Source: Haliotis rubra (Eukaryota). Taken from it: a stretch of 64,000 nt of DNA. Positions within the stretch are counted from its first letter, which is position 1. Every line of letters starts with the position of its first letter. This document shows, in pieces, positions 36,471 to 48,300 of this stretch. The notes beneath the pieces were generated by a model. That model saw nothing but the letters and a program-made list of their open reading frames with translations. It was not told where the DNA came from and ran no database searches. A program made the translations under genes and the position numbers. The stretch is taken from positions 1 to 64,000 of the forward strand of contig NW_025767333.1 in assembly GCF_003918875.1 (NCBI RefSeq). Reading direction: 5' to 3'.

Positions 36471-37509
36471 CTCCACTGCCACGAGAGTTTCCCGCCCTTG
36501 CAGCCTGACCAGAGGAGGTGGACGGTGTCGGCTGGCTTGTCCCTGAAATACAAAAACAATATATTGAAAACATTCCCGGCCGGTGCTNNNNNNNNNNNNN
36601 NNNNNNNNNNNNNNNNNNNNNNNNNNNNNNNNNNNNNNNNNNNNNNNNNNNNNNNNNNNNNNNNNNNNNNNNNNNNNNNNNNNNNNNNNNNNNNNNNNNN
36701 NNNNNNNNNNNNNNNNNNNNNGGTACGAACCTCGGTAATACTAACCATCGTACATGGATGAATGAAGTGACAGAGAGATTACCCCCACTAACCGGCACTC
36801 CTCTCGAGGTAGACGGGCGTGCGTGAACATCTGTTTGCGTAGTTGTGCCTGTAAATATACATCATTATCTGTACATACTAAACTAAAACACACTCGAAAA
36901 TACACGGAAGCAGTACATAGACAAGATTAATGACGGAGATGAACATCAACTCACCGGAAGAATGAACGCGCCGAAAATGCACGCCCAGCTCACGGGGTGA
37001 AGGGAACACCTCGGGGCATTTCTGTATATAGAAGTAACATTTTTAAGCAAAATGCTCTGAATTATAGGGGAAGTTTGTCGCTATGTCGCTGTAACATTTA
37101 ACTTTACTGTTGATAACCACTGCGATACTATGTCAAAGTAACATTTGAAACTGTAGACAACATTGCTCAGGTCTTTAAAATATACACCTTATGAAACAGT
37201 CGGTTAAAGACATAGGAAGATAATATCTCTACATATGATCAAATATATCTGAAGATATTATAGCAGACAGAAGCGAGAACTTACACATAAATAATAAACA
37301 CTACTCACGCTACATCGATATTCCGATAGCCGTTGTTGCGACAAGGCACATTTGTGTTGCTTCAGTTTTTGATTTGAAGCAAAAGATTTTGTGCATGGAA
37401 AGCACACGTAACGTTCTCCCCGGTGAACTGATCGCACATGGCGGCAAAGGTTATCTTTTTTATTAAAACCTTTCCCGCACTGTGGACAGGTAAATTGTCT
37501 GAAAGACAT
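36471..37509 (-). CDS. Spliced 5' exons of pPolB (37509-37309, 37021-36955, 36848-36783, 36542-36471) encoding zinc fingers and an S/T/G linker
   Basis: All have GT..AG boundaries with compatible phases (0,1,1,1) and join in frame to 36216. Finger 3 is split by an intron (YRCS|KCPEVFPSPRELGVHFRRVH); finger 4 (CRTCHRRFEDRLSLYRHQMIEGH) opens the main exon. An N-gap could hide another exon. Confidence 0.8.
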
Positions 37510-37827
37510 AACGTTTCTTTCAATTCACGCTAGAGATACAAAAAATGTTTCTACAGGATTTCATAAACTTGGTCATGAAACTCATAATTACTATACTAAC
37601 ATATACCCTTTTATTGAAATCAAAACATTTGTTAGCTGTAGCATTCACATTTATAAAAATTAAATAGTGAGACCTCATTAAGAAGTATACTTACGCGTTT
37701 GTTGAGTCCATGTTCAGACTGGTCACGTAAAAGTTGATGAATTCTCGCTCGTTGTTGAAACTAAAATAACGCTCTGGTGTGCAGATGATGTCTATATAGG
37801 ATATTTTACGAATAATGATGGACAAAT

Positions 37828-38093
37828 AGTAACTATCCATTCAACGCGCCTGTGTATCTCACTGTAGATATGACTGACAGGTTGGGATAGGGACCACCCA
37901 TGTATGCTCACACGGGAAAAGACATTGAACCTTTTCCTTCACAGCCCTCAGTTCACACACCGAATGGTACACACACCTGCCTGTTGCATTGACTGTTCAG
38001 TCATGCATGTCGTCCTCCTTGAGTACTGAGTATACTTCGTGAACTATGGTTTTCAGTCTGATTACGTTACTTGGAATGTGATGCCATCTACAA
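37828..38093 (-). repeat. Inner inverted-repeat block (right copy)
   Basis: Reverse complement of 23477-23728 with a short insertion. Confidence 0.9.
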
Positions 38094-38815
38094 GTCTAAC
38101 CTGATTCGTTACTTTTCAAACACCTACACTTATATTTTCCGAGCATAATCCTTAATTTAGGTTGAAGTAAAATGTATTTATCATTATATTGTATGATGTT
38201 TCCAACGTCTAAATTCCTAAACTAGGTTCTCTCTTCGAATGAAGGGTAATTATTGTTAAACACGTTGCTCACCGCTAAATTTTCTCATTTCAAATTCTGT
38301 CTTTTTTCCCAACAAACCTAGCTGCATGCTGTCGCACTGNNNNNNNNNNNNNNNNNNNNNNNNNNNNNNNNNNNNNNNNNNNNNNNNNNNNNNNNNNNNN
38401 NNNNNNNNNNNNNNNNNNNNNNNNNNNNNNNNNNNNNNNNNNNNNNNNNNNNNNNNNNNNNNNNNNNNTTTAACATTGATATATATAGTTATCCATATGT
38501 ATTTCAAACCGTTAAACAACACGCCCTGAAATTTAGTCCTGAAGTAAAACTAAAATTGGATACATAGTTTCATATACACAATACAGTTTATTTGTTTCAT
38601 AAGCTTACATTTGCCGGGGGAAGGAAAAAAAAGCTCGCGTGAAATAACGTTTAAACATCGGCTTCAAGTCGGCACAGGGCTGAATAATTCAGCGCCTTCT
38701 TTACAAAGGGTGAACAATAGTCCAACGCTTTGCCCAGCGCGGGCTATTTGACGGTGATCACGTGACTTGGATCAGCCAATACATTTCCCTCCACCTTGCC
38801 TCCACCAAATACTAT

Positions 38816-39623
38816 TGTTTCAATAAGCAGATTCCTTGACTCTACATTTCTATTTCTTTCGTCTCTCTCCAAATGACGTGAATTTCATGGTATTATACGT
38901 GTGCTATATGATATTGATATGCTTCCATCCATGTGTAGTTCAAGCCTCTTATTTCAAACATCTCGCTGTCTAGTAAAACTAAAACTGTATCCATTAGTGT
39001 ACATGGCTCAAAATCATTTATTTCTCATCAAGCTATATTTGGATGGGAAAAAAACACACACTAGTATGAAATAACATATAAACCTACACCAACTTTCCAT
39101 TACTTTGATGGTGTTATACTTATACAGGACACGTTCTGTATGAAATGTTTTTCAACTACATTTTACATGACTCGAAGATTCCGTCTCCGAACCATGTTGA
39201 CACAACCCGTCTCTATTGTGATACGATGTACTTTCAACACACACACCCTGCATTCATCAAAACAGGTCGCACGCTCTGTCGAGCGCGGGCTATTTAAAAC
39301 GACGGAGTCACGTGAGTTGTCAAGCGCGCTCAATTCAAAACTGGCTGACGGGTACTGTCTGTCTGTCTATTCAGGGCAGCATGCTATACATAGCTCTATT
39401 CAGGACACTTTGCTTTTGTTTTTCTCTCGCTTAATGAAGAGTTTTCTGCACGACTGCCTTAAAACACCCACACCTTTCATTGAACTTTCCTGACCTGTGA
39501 CGTGCTGTCTATATTTACCTATCAGCTATGATCACGTGACTTACATCAGCCAATCCATGTCCTTACCTTCCCTCCACCTTCCCTCCACCAAAAGGACCGT
39601 CTGCTCCCACCTACTATACTACT
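38816..39623 (-). repeat. Polinton right terminal inverted repeat (~808 bp)
   Basis: Ends ...cccacctactatactact; reverse complement of 22484-23288. Confidence 0.95.
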
Positions 39624-41049
39624 AACAATGCAAATGTTATGTTTTTAATTCAATGTACAGGTAATCTTATCGTAAAAAATATCAATAAATGAATTTTTTG
39701 GATTTTCCATTGACAATTACAAGATAAAATGTATAAATAATTTCCATTAATATTATCAGTTTTACTTATAAGGTTTGAATTAAATCGCTGTCCATTAACT
39801 TGTTCATATGAAACTGCAATATTAGTCCCAATGTATTGACTATTGCAAACAATAGGACCTAATGTCAATGTTGCAGTTATGGCTACGCTTGATCTACTAA
39901 CACTTGTGTAAAGGGTTAAAATATGGTGTGATACTCTAAATGTGTCAGTTTCTTTTGTAACTTTTATTCAAACAATCGAAAACTTTCAAAAAATATAACG
40001 GTGTACCCTATATCCACGTATGATATGATATTGAACAAGGCCAAATGTAGGAACTGAAATTGGTTTCATGAAATTTTTTATCTGAATGATACGCAAAATA
40101 TACATCATAGTACTGAAAGTGTAATCAGAAGGATAGGACAAAATGGCGGCTTCGCTGACAAGGGTACACATGATTTTGCGAGGACTCTTCCCTTGATTCA
40201 GGGATCGTTTGTACATAAATATGAAATGTAAGTTATCAGAGTGACTCTGACTATCTGTGTATTGTTATATGTTTTCTTTGTAAGTAAGAGAAGAAGCCAG
40301 AAATGCTGATAATTACCGTTGTCGTTCTGCGTGATTTTGGGTCTGTTATGGCGTCACGCTGCATGGAAACTTTGTCAATTGCTTATGAAATATCAAATCA
40401 TTGCATTGTATCTATTTTTAATTTCCTCTTTCTTGCTATGATCGATACTCTTTCCATACATATTTTAAAGGTATTGAGCCATTGCAAGCAATGAATAGCC
40501 GGCTGCTACGCAGTATTAATCGGAATGTTTCTTTGTTTGTCTTCCGAGCACAGCGTTTGTTTTCACACCCAATATCCAGTTGGTATTGGTAACAAAGACC
40601 AACTGTGATTTGATTTTAAAATGTATGGGGAATTCATTGATGCATTTGTCTCAGCTGACTATGAAATATACGTGATGTGATAGGCAACTCAATACCGGCC
40701 TTTGCGAGACGTGGTTTTGTAAACACTATCCAATATGGCGGAAAGCGCACTTCGGCGTTCGTGTAAATATATTTTCGAAAACATCCAAACCGATTCTAGG
40801 TTCATCGGCAGCGTTTCAGATTATCATTAGTGATATCATGAAAAACTGATTTCAGTTATCATTAATATGTTATTTTTGAAATTCAGTACTCCCAGTAATT
40901 ATCCGATTTTCACATTTGAAAACATACTGTCTACACTGTAGAGCAAATAATGCTGTGAATCGTGATTTCGTATTGTGTATAAAATGGCGACATTTACGAT
41001 GAAGCCTATTTTGAAAGGTTATTTAAGCACTTTAGCTTTGTCTGAGATT

Positions 41050-41700
41050 TTAGTGGATGGTATCAAGAAACAGGGAATTTCCCGCAGAATACAACACTGC
41101 GAAGTATATTTGTGTGCGTGATATATTTAGAATTTTATTGGACTTCAAAGTGAGGGTTGAAGAGGAAGGACATATGTCCCTGTGGCACCCAGGGGTTTTT
41201 AGTCAAGTCCAGATACACGACCAGAGCACTAGCGGTGTCGCGGAGTATTCTTGACCCACTAGCTCGGGATACTCCATGGAGATCCCCGATTTCACTGAGG
41301 AAAACCCCTTTTGCCAAATACCTCTGTGTACACATCACTTGCAGGGAGGTCGGAATAGCATGTGAACGCCTTGTAGGTTTGTTCTGTTGGGGCTCTAACT
41401 TTCTGCACAGTTAGAAGACAACATGAGCGTCGAGCACGTTCGACCTGTCTCAAAATTTCTCAGGTCTTCTTTGTTTCCGTGTTTTAATCACTTTCAGTGC
41501 CATAATCGTTGACGCCATCTTTGTAGTATTTACGACCTCCTAAAGCATTTACGACAGGTCAATCGGGGTCCTAAATTTTGGGCTGTTTACGGCACAGTGT
41601 AAATATACGAGGTCTTTGTGAAACAGGGTAAAAAAGTAAGAGGTGGTCTACGACCTGCTTTACGAGGTCGTACCGGTAAGAGGGCTTTGTGAAACGGGCC
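41050..41700 (-). mobile_element. PIF/Harbinger transposon 5' fragment with degenerate HARBI1-like transposase
   Basis: PTRRSHAIPTSLQVMCTQRYLAKGVFLSEIGDLHGVSRASGSRIL is HARBI1-like. Terminus GGCCCGTTTCACAAAGCCC (minus strand) at 41700 with a subterminal copy near 41610; the other end was not found. Confidence 0.8.
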
Positions 41701-41701
41701 A

Positions 41702-41768
41702 GGACCAGACAATCCAGTGATCAACAACATGAGCATCGATCTGCGCAAATGGGAACCGATGACATGTG
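41702..41768 (-). mobile_element. SINE-like repeat family A, internal fragment
   Basis: ggaccagacaatccagtgatcaacaacatgagcatcgatctgcgcaa... Confidence 0.8.
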
Positions 41769-41858
41769 CAGAACACTAAATGATTACATTTCTTGAGCTG
41801 CCCTTGAGAATGGTGCTTGCTTCTCAGTTTATCATACCATACCGTGGAGGTGTGTGGT

Positions 41859-41977
41859 CCTGTGCAAAGAGCCCTGTGCATAGAGCCCTGTGCATAGAGC
41901 CCTGTGCATAGAGCCCTGTGCATAGTGCCCTGTGCATAGAGCCCTGTGCATAGAGCCCTGGGCATAGAGCCCTGTGC
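41859..41977. repeat. 14-bp tandem repeat, ~8 copies
   Basis: Unit agagccctgtgcat. Confidence 0.95.
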
Positions 41978-42011
41978 ACCAGTAGCCTGCAGATTTGGTG
42001 ATAGGTCTTGT

Positions 42012-45000
42012 CAAGGCTATGACAAGGTTACAGTGACAGTGTGAGGCTATGGTAAGGTTACATTGACAGTGTGCGGCTATGGTAAGGTTACATTGACAGA
42101 GTGAGGCTGTGACAAGGTTACAATGACAGAGTGAGGATATGACAAGGTAACAGTGAAGTGTGAGGCTATGACAAGGTTACATTGTCAGTGTGAGGCTGTG
42201 ACAAGGTTACATTTACAGAGTGAGGATATGACAAGGTAACAGTGAAGTGTGAGGCTATGACAAGGTTACAGTGACAGAGTGAGGCCATGACAAGGTTACA
42301 GTGACAGTGTGAGGCTGTGACAAGGTTAAATTGACAGTGTGAGGCTGTGACAAGGTTACATTGTCAGTGTGAGGCTATGACAAGGTTACATTGACAGTGT
42401 GAGGCTATGACAAGGTTACAGTGACAGTGTGAGGCTATGACAAGGTTACATCGACAGTGTGAGGCTATGACAAGGTTACATCGACAGTGTGAGGCTATGA
42501 CAAGGTTACAGTGACAGTGTGAGGCTGTGACAAGGTTACATTGTCAGTGTGAGGCTATGACAAGGTTACATTGACAGTGTGAGGCTATGACAAGGTTACA
42601 TTGACAGTGTGAGGCTATGACAAGGTTACATCGACAGTGTGAGGCTATGACAAGGTTACAGTGACAGTTTGAGCCTATGACAAGGTTACATCGACAGTGT
42701 GAGGCTATGACAAGGTTACAGTGACAGTGTGAGGCTATGACAAGGTTACATCGACAGTGTGAGGCTATGACAAGCTTACAGTGACAGAGTGAGGCTATGA
42801 CAAGCTTACAGTGACAGAGTGAGTCTATGACAAGCTTACAGTGACAGAGTGAGGCTATGACAAGGTTACATTGACAGAGTGAAGATGTGACAAGGTTACG
42901 TTTACAGAGTGAGGATGTGACAAGGTTACGTTTACAGAATGAGGCTATGACAAGGTTACATCGAGAGTGTGAGGATGTGACAAGGATACGTTTACAGAGT
43001 GAGGATGTGACAAGGTTACGTTTACAGAGTGAGGCTATGACAAGGTTACATGGACAGTGTGAGGCTATGACAAGCTTTCAGTGACAGAGTGAGGATGTGA
43101 CAAGGTTACGTTTACAGAGTGAGGATGTGACAAGGTTACGTTTACAGAGTGAGGCTATGACAAGGCTACATCGACAGTCTGAGGCTATGACAAGCTTACA
43201 GTGACAGAGTGAGGATGTGACAAGCTTACAGTGACAGAGTGAGGCTATGACAAGCTTACAGAGACAGAGTGAGTCTATGGCAAGGTTACATTGACAGAGT
43301 GAGGCTGTGACAAGGTTACAATGACAGAGTGAGGCTATGACAAGCTTACAGTGACAGAGTGAGGCTATGACAAGCTTACAGTGACAGAGTGAGGCTATGA
43401 CAAGGTTACAGTGACAGAGTGAGGCAATGACAAGGTTACAGTGACAGAGTGATTCTATGACAAGGTTACATCGACAGTGTGAGGCTATGACAAGCTTACA
43501 GTGACAGAGTGAGTCTATGACAAGCTTACAGTGACAGTGTGAGGCTATGACAAGGTTACATCGACAGTGTGAGGCTATGACAAGGTTACAGTGACAGAGT
43601 GAGTCTATGACAAGGTTACATCGACAGTGTGAGGCTATGGCAAGGTTACATCGACAGTGTGAGGCTATGATAAGGTTACATCGACAGTGTGAGGCTATGA
43701 CAAGGTTACAGTGACAGAGTGAGTCTATGACAAGGTTACATCGACAGTGTGAGGCTATGACAAGGTTACAGTGACAGTGTGAGGCTATGACAAGGTTACA
43801 TCGACAGTGTGAGGCTATGACAAGGTTACAGTGACAGTGTGAGGCTATGACAAGGTTACATCGACAGTGTGAGGCTATCACAAGGTTACAGTGACAGAGT
43901 GAGGCTATGACAAGCTTACAGTGACAGAGTGAGGCTATGACAAGGTTACATCGACAGTGTGAGGCTATGACAAGCTTACAGTGACAGAGTGATTCTATGA
44001 CAAGGTTACATCGACAGTGTGAGGCTATGACAAGCTTACAGTGACAGAGTGAGTCTATGACAAGCTTACAGTGACAGTGTGAGGCTATGACAAGGTTACA
44101 TCGACAGTGTGAGGCTATGACAAGGTTACAGTGACAGAGTGAGTCTATGACAAGGTTACATCGACAGTGTGAGGCTATGGTAAGGTTACATCGACAGTGT
44201 GAGGCTATGATAAGGTTACATCGACAGTGTGAGGCTATGACAAGCTTACAGTGACAGAGTGAGTCTATGACAAGCTTACAGTGACAGTGTGAGGCTATGA
44301 CAAGGTTACATCGACAGTGTGAGGCTATGACAAGGTTACAGTGACAGAGTGAGTCTATGACAAGGTTACATCGACAGTGTGAGGCTATGGCAAGGTTACA
44401 TCGACAGTGTGAGGCTATGATAAGGTTACATCGACAGTGTGAGGCTATGACAAGGTTACAGTGACAGAGTGAGTCTATGACAAGGTTACATCGACAGTGT
44501 GAGGCTATGACAAGGTTACAGTGACAGTGTGAGGCTATGACAAGGTTACATCGACAGTGTGAGGCTATGACAAGGTTACAGTGACAGTGTGAGGCTATGA
44601 CAAGGTTACATCGACAGTGTGAGGCTATCACAAGGTTACAGTGACAGAGTGAGGCTATGACAAGCTTACAGTGACAGAGTGAGGCTATGACAAGGTTACA
44701 TCGACAGTGTGAGGCTATGACAAGCTTACAGTGACAGAGTGAGGATGTGACAAGCTTACAGTGACAGAGTGAGTCTATGACAAGCTTACAGTGACAGAGT
44801 GAGTCTATGACAAGCTTACAGTGACAGAGTGAGGCTGTGACAAGGTTACAATGACAGAGTGAGGCTATGTCAAGCTTACAGTGACAGAGTGAGGCTATGA
44901 CAAGCTTACAGTGACAGAGTGAGGCTATGACAAGGTTACATCAACAGTGTGAGGCTATGACAAGGTTACATTGACAGAGTGAAGATGTGACAAGGTTACG

Positions 45001-47730
45001 TTTACAGAGTGAGGATGTGACAAGGTTACGTTTACAGAGTGAGGCTATGACAAGGTTACATCGAGAGTGTGAGGATGTGACAAGGATACGTTTACAGAGT
45101 GAGGATGTGACAAGGTTACGTTTACAGAGTGAGGCTATGACAAGGTTACATGGACAGTGTGAGGCTATGACAAGCTTACAGTGACAGAGTGAGGATGTGA
45201 CAAGGTTACGTTTACAGAGTGAGGATGTGACAAGGTTACGTTTACAGAGTGAGGCTATGACAAGCTTACAGTGACAAAGTGAGGCTATGACAAGCTTACA
45301 GGGACAGAGTGAGGCTATGACAAGGTTACATCAACAGTGTGAGGCTATGACAAGGTTACATTGACAGAGTGAAGATGTGACAAGGTTACTTTTACAGAGT
45401 GAGGATGTGACAAGGTTACGTTTACAGAGTGAGGTTATGACAAGGTTACATCGACAGTGTGAGGATGTGACAAGGTTACGTTTACAGAGTGAGGATGTGA
45501 CTTGGTTACGTTTACAGAGTGAGGCTATGACAAGGTTACATGGACAGTGTGAGGCTATGACAAGGTTACATGGACAGTGTGAGGCTATGACAAGCTTTCA
45601 GTGACAGAGTGAGGATGTGACAAGGTAACGTTTACAGAGTGAGGATGTGACAAGGTTACATCGACAGTCTGAGGCTATGACAAGCTTACAGTGACAGAGT
45701 GAGTCTATGACAAGGTTACATTGACAGAGCGAGGCTGTGACAAGGTTACAATGACAGAGTGAGGCTATGACAAGCTTACAGTGACAGAGTGAGGCTATGA
45801 CAAGCTTACAGTGACAGAGTGAGACTATGACAAGCTTACAGTGACAGAGTGAGGATGTGACAAAGTTACGTTTACAGAATGAGGATGTGACAAAGTTATG
45901 TTTACAAAGTGAGGATGTGACAAGGTTACGTTTACAGAGTGAGGCTGTGACAAGGTTACAGTGACAGTGTGAGGCTATGAAAAGGTTACATTGACAGAGT
46001 GAGCCTGTGACAAGGTTACGTTTACAGAGTGAGGAGGGTGACAAGGTCACGTTTACAGAGTGAGGCTATGACAAGCTTACATTGACAGAGTGAGAATATA
46101 ACAAGCTTACAGTGAAGTGTGAGGCTATGACAAGGTTACATCGACAGTGTGAGGTTATGACAAGGTTACAGTGACATTGTGAGGCTATGACAAGCTTACA
46201 GTGACAGAGTGAGGTTATGGCAAGCTTACAGTGACAGAGTGAGTCTATGACAAGGTTACATTGACAGAGTGAGGCTATGACAAGGTTACATTGACAGTGT
46301 GAGGCTATGACAAGGTTACATTGACAGTGTGAGGCTATGACAAGCTTACAGTGACAGAGTAAGGCTATGATAAGGTTACATCGACAGTGTGAGGCTATGA
46401 CAAGGTTACATCGACAGTGTGAGGCTATGACAAGGTTACAGTGACAGTGTGAGGCTATGAGAAGCTTACAGTGACAGAGTGAGGCTATGACAAGCTTACA
46501 GTGAGAGAGTGAGTCCATGACAAGGTTACATTGACAGAGTGAGGCTATGACAAGCTTACAGTGACAGAGTGAGGCTATGACAAGCTTACAGTGACAGAGT
46601 GAGGCTATGACAAGGTTACAGTGACAGAGTGAGGCTATGACATGGTTACATCGACAGTGTGAGGCTATGACAAGCTTACAGTGACAGAGTGAGGCTATGA
46701 CAAGGTTACATTGACAGAGTGAGGCTATGACAAGCTTACAGTGACAGAGTGAGGCTATGACAAGCTTACAGTGACAGGTGAGGCTATGACAAGCTTACAG
46801 TGACAGAGTGAGGCTATGACAAGGCTACAGTGACAGTGACAGTGTGAGGCTATGACAAGGTTACATTGACAGAGTGAGCCTGTGACAAGGTTACGTTTAC
46901 AGATCGAGGATGTGACAAGGTTACATTGACAGTGTGAGGCTATGACAAGGTTACATTGACAGAGTGAGCCTGTGACAAGGTTACGTTTACAGAGTGAGAA
47001 GGGTGACAAGGTCACGTTTACAGAGTGAGGATGTGACAAGGTTACAGGGACAGTGTGAGGCTATGACAAGGTTACATTGACAGAGTGAGCCTGTGACAAG
47101 GTTACGTTTACAGAGTGAGGAGGGTGACAAGGTCACGTTTACAGAGTGAGGATGTGACAAGGTTACATTTAGAGAGTGAGGATGTGACAAGGCTACGTTT
47201 AGAGAATGAGGCTGTGACAAGGTTACAGTGACAGTGTGAGGCTATGACAAGGTTACATTTACAGAGTGAGGCTATGACAAGGTTACATTGACAGAGTGAG
47301 GCTGTGACAAGGTTACATTGACAGAGTGAGGCTATGACAAGATGACATTGACAGGGTATGGCTATGGCAAGGTTACATTGACAGGGTGAGGCTATGGCAA
47401 GGTTACATTGACAGGGTAAGGCTATGGCAAGGTTACATTGACAGGGTGAGGCTATGGCAAGGTTACATTGACAGGGTGAGGCTATGGCAAGGTTACATTG
47501 ACAGGGTGAGGCTATGGCAAGATTACATTGACAGGGTATGGCTATGGCAAGGTTACATTGACAGGGTGAGGCTATGGCAAGGTTACATTGACAGGGTGAG
47601 GCTATGGCAAGGTTACATTGACAGGGTGAGGCTATGGCAAGATTACATTGACAGAGTGAGGCTATGGCAAGATTACATTGACAGGGTATGGCTATGGCAA
47701 GGTTACATTGACAGGGTGAGGCTATGGCAA
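42012..47730. repeat. 30-bp satellite, ~5.7 kb (~190 copies)
   Basis: Unit gaggctatgacaag(g/c)ttaca(g/t)(t/c)gacag(t/a)gt. Confidence 0.97.
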
Positions 47731-47898
47731 AATCACTTCGTAACATTGACGTTGAAGCCAAACCAATGCTACCAGGACTACAGCCGTGTTGTAGAAGCGA
47801 GTTTAAGCTGCATAAGCAACATTTTATAATCAGGCTCTGATATAGATAGGTATCATCGTGCATATCTCCATAGTGTTACCTGCGTGCTCATGTGAAGG

Positions 47899-48237
47899 GC
47901 CCGCCTCCGTGGCGTAGGGATTGGAGCTTCCGCCCGGAGAGTGGAAGGTTGCGGGTTCGATCCCACACCGCGTCATACCAAAAGACGTTAAATTTTGGTA
48001 CTTGTTGGTCCCTGCCTGGCGCTCGGCATTAATGGGTACATCAAGGACTGGTCGGCTCGGAGTCAGTATAATGTGTCTGAGTGGGGTATTCATGCTTCAC
48101 TACGGCATGGTATCTCAGTGGGCTAGCACTATAAAACCAGCTTCAGTCTGGGCTAGTACAAGCAGCCGCACCTACACATACACACGCATGCACGTCGTCA
48201 TATGAGCGACGTTAAACCCAATTTCACCTCACCTGAC
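47899..48237 (+). mobile_element. tRNA-derived SINE (Meta-domain-like centre)
   Basis: A-box tggcgtagggattgg; B-box ggttcgatccc; centre gtcataccaaaagacgttaaattttggtacttg...ggcgctcggcattaa; tail gacgttaaaccc...(cacct)n; imperfect TSD ctcatg(g)tga(a/g)gg. Confidence 0.8.
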
Positions 48238-48300
48238 CTCATGGTGAGGGAGATAACGAAGTGCTGTTGGAAGCTGCACATGCGATAACGTTACATAAAG

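Larger units (their letters stand above)
22484..39623. mobile_element. Polinton/Maverick (endogenous polintovirus/adintovirus-like), ~17.1 kb, full length but partly decayed
   Basis: Ends are AGTAGTA...TACTACT with ~0.8 kb TIRs. Contains rve integrase, penton, double jelly-roll capsid, adenain protease, packaging ATPase and protein-primed PolB. Two N-gaps lie inside, and no clean 6-bp TSD is present. Confidence 0.96.

Noticed and set aside
37258-37509. Stand-alone host C2H2 zinc-finger gene
   Set aside because: Lies inside the TIR-bounded element and splices in phase to pPolB; the ORF tail after YRCS is intron.
36460-38529. ORFs containing X runs
   Set aside because: Artefacts of translating through N gaps.
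22478-39629. 6-bp target-site duplication of the Polinton
   Set aside because: Flanks CATGAT and AACAAT (or ACATGA and ACAATG with 1-nt wider ends) do not match.
43078-47863. 517-aa and other Cys/His-rich ORFs (IASHCRCNLV)n, metallothionein- or keratin-like in appearance
   Set aside because: Products of a 30-bp satellite that lacks stops in one frame; no unique N- or C-terminal sequence and no splice context.
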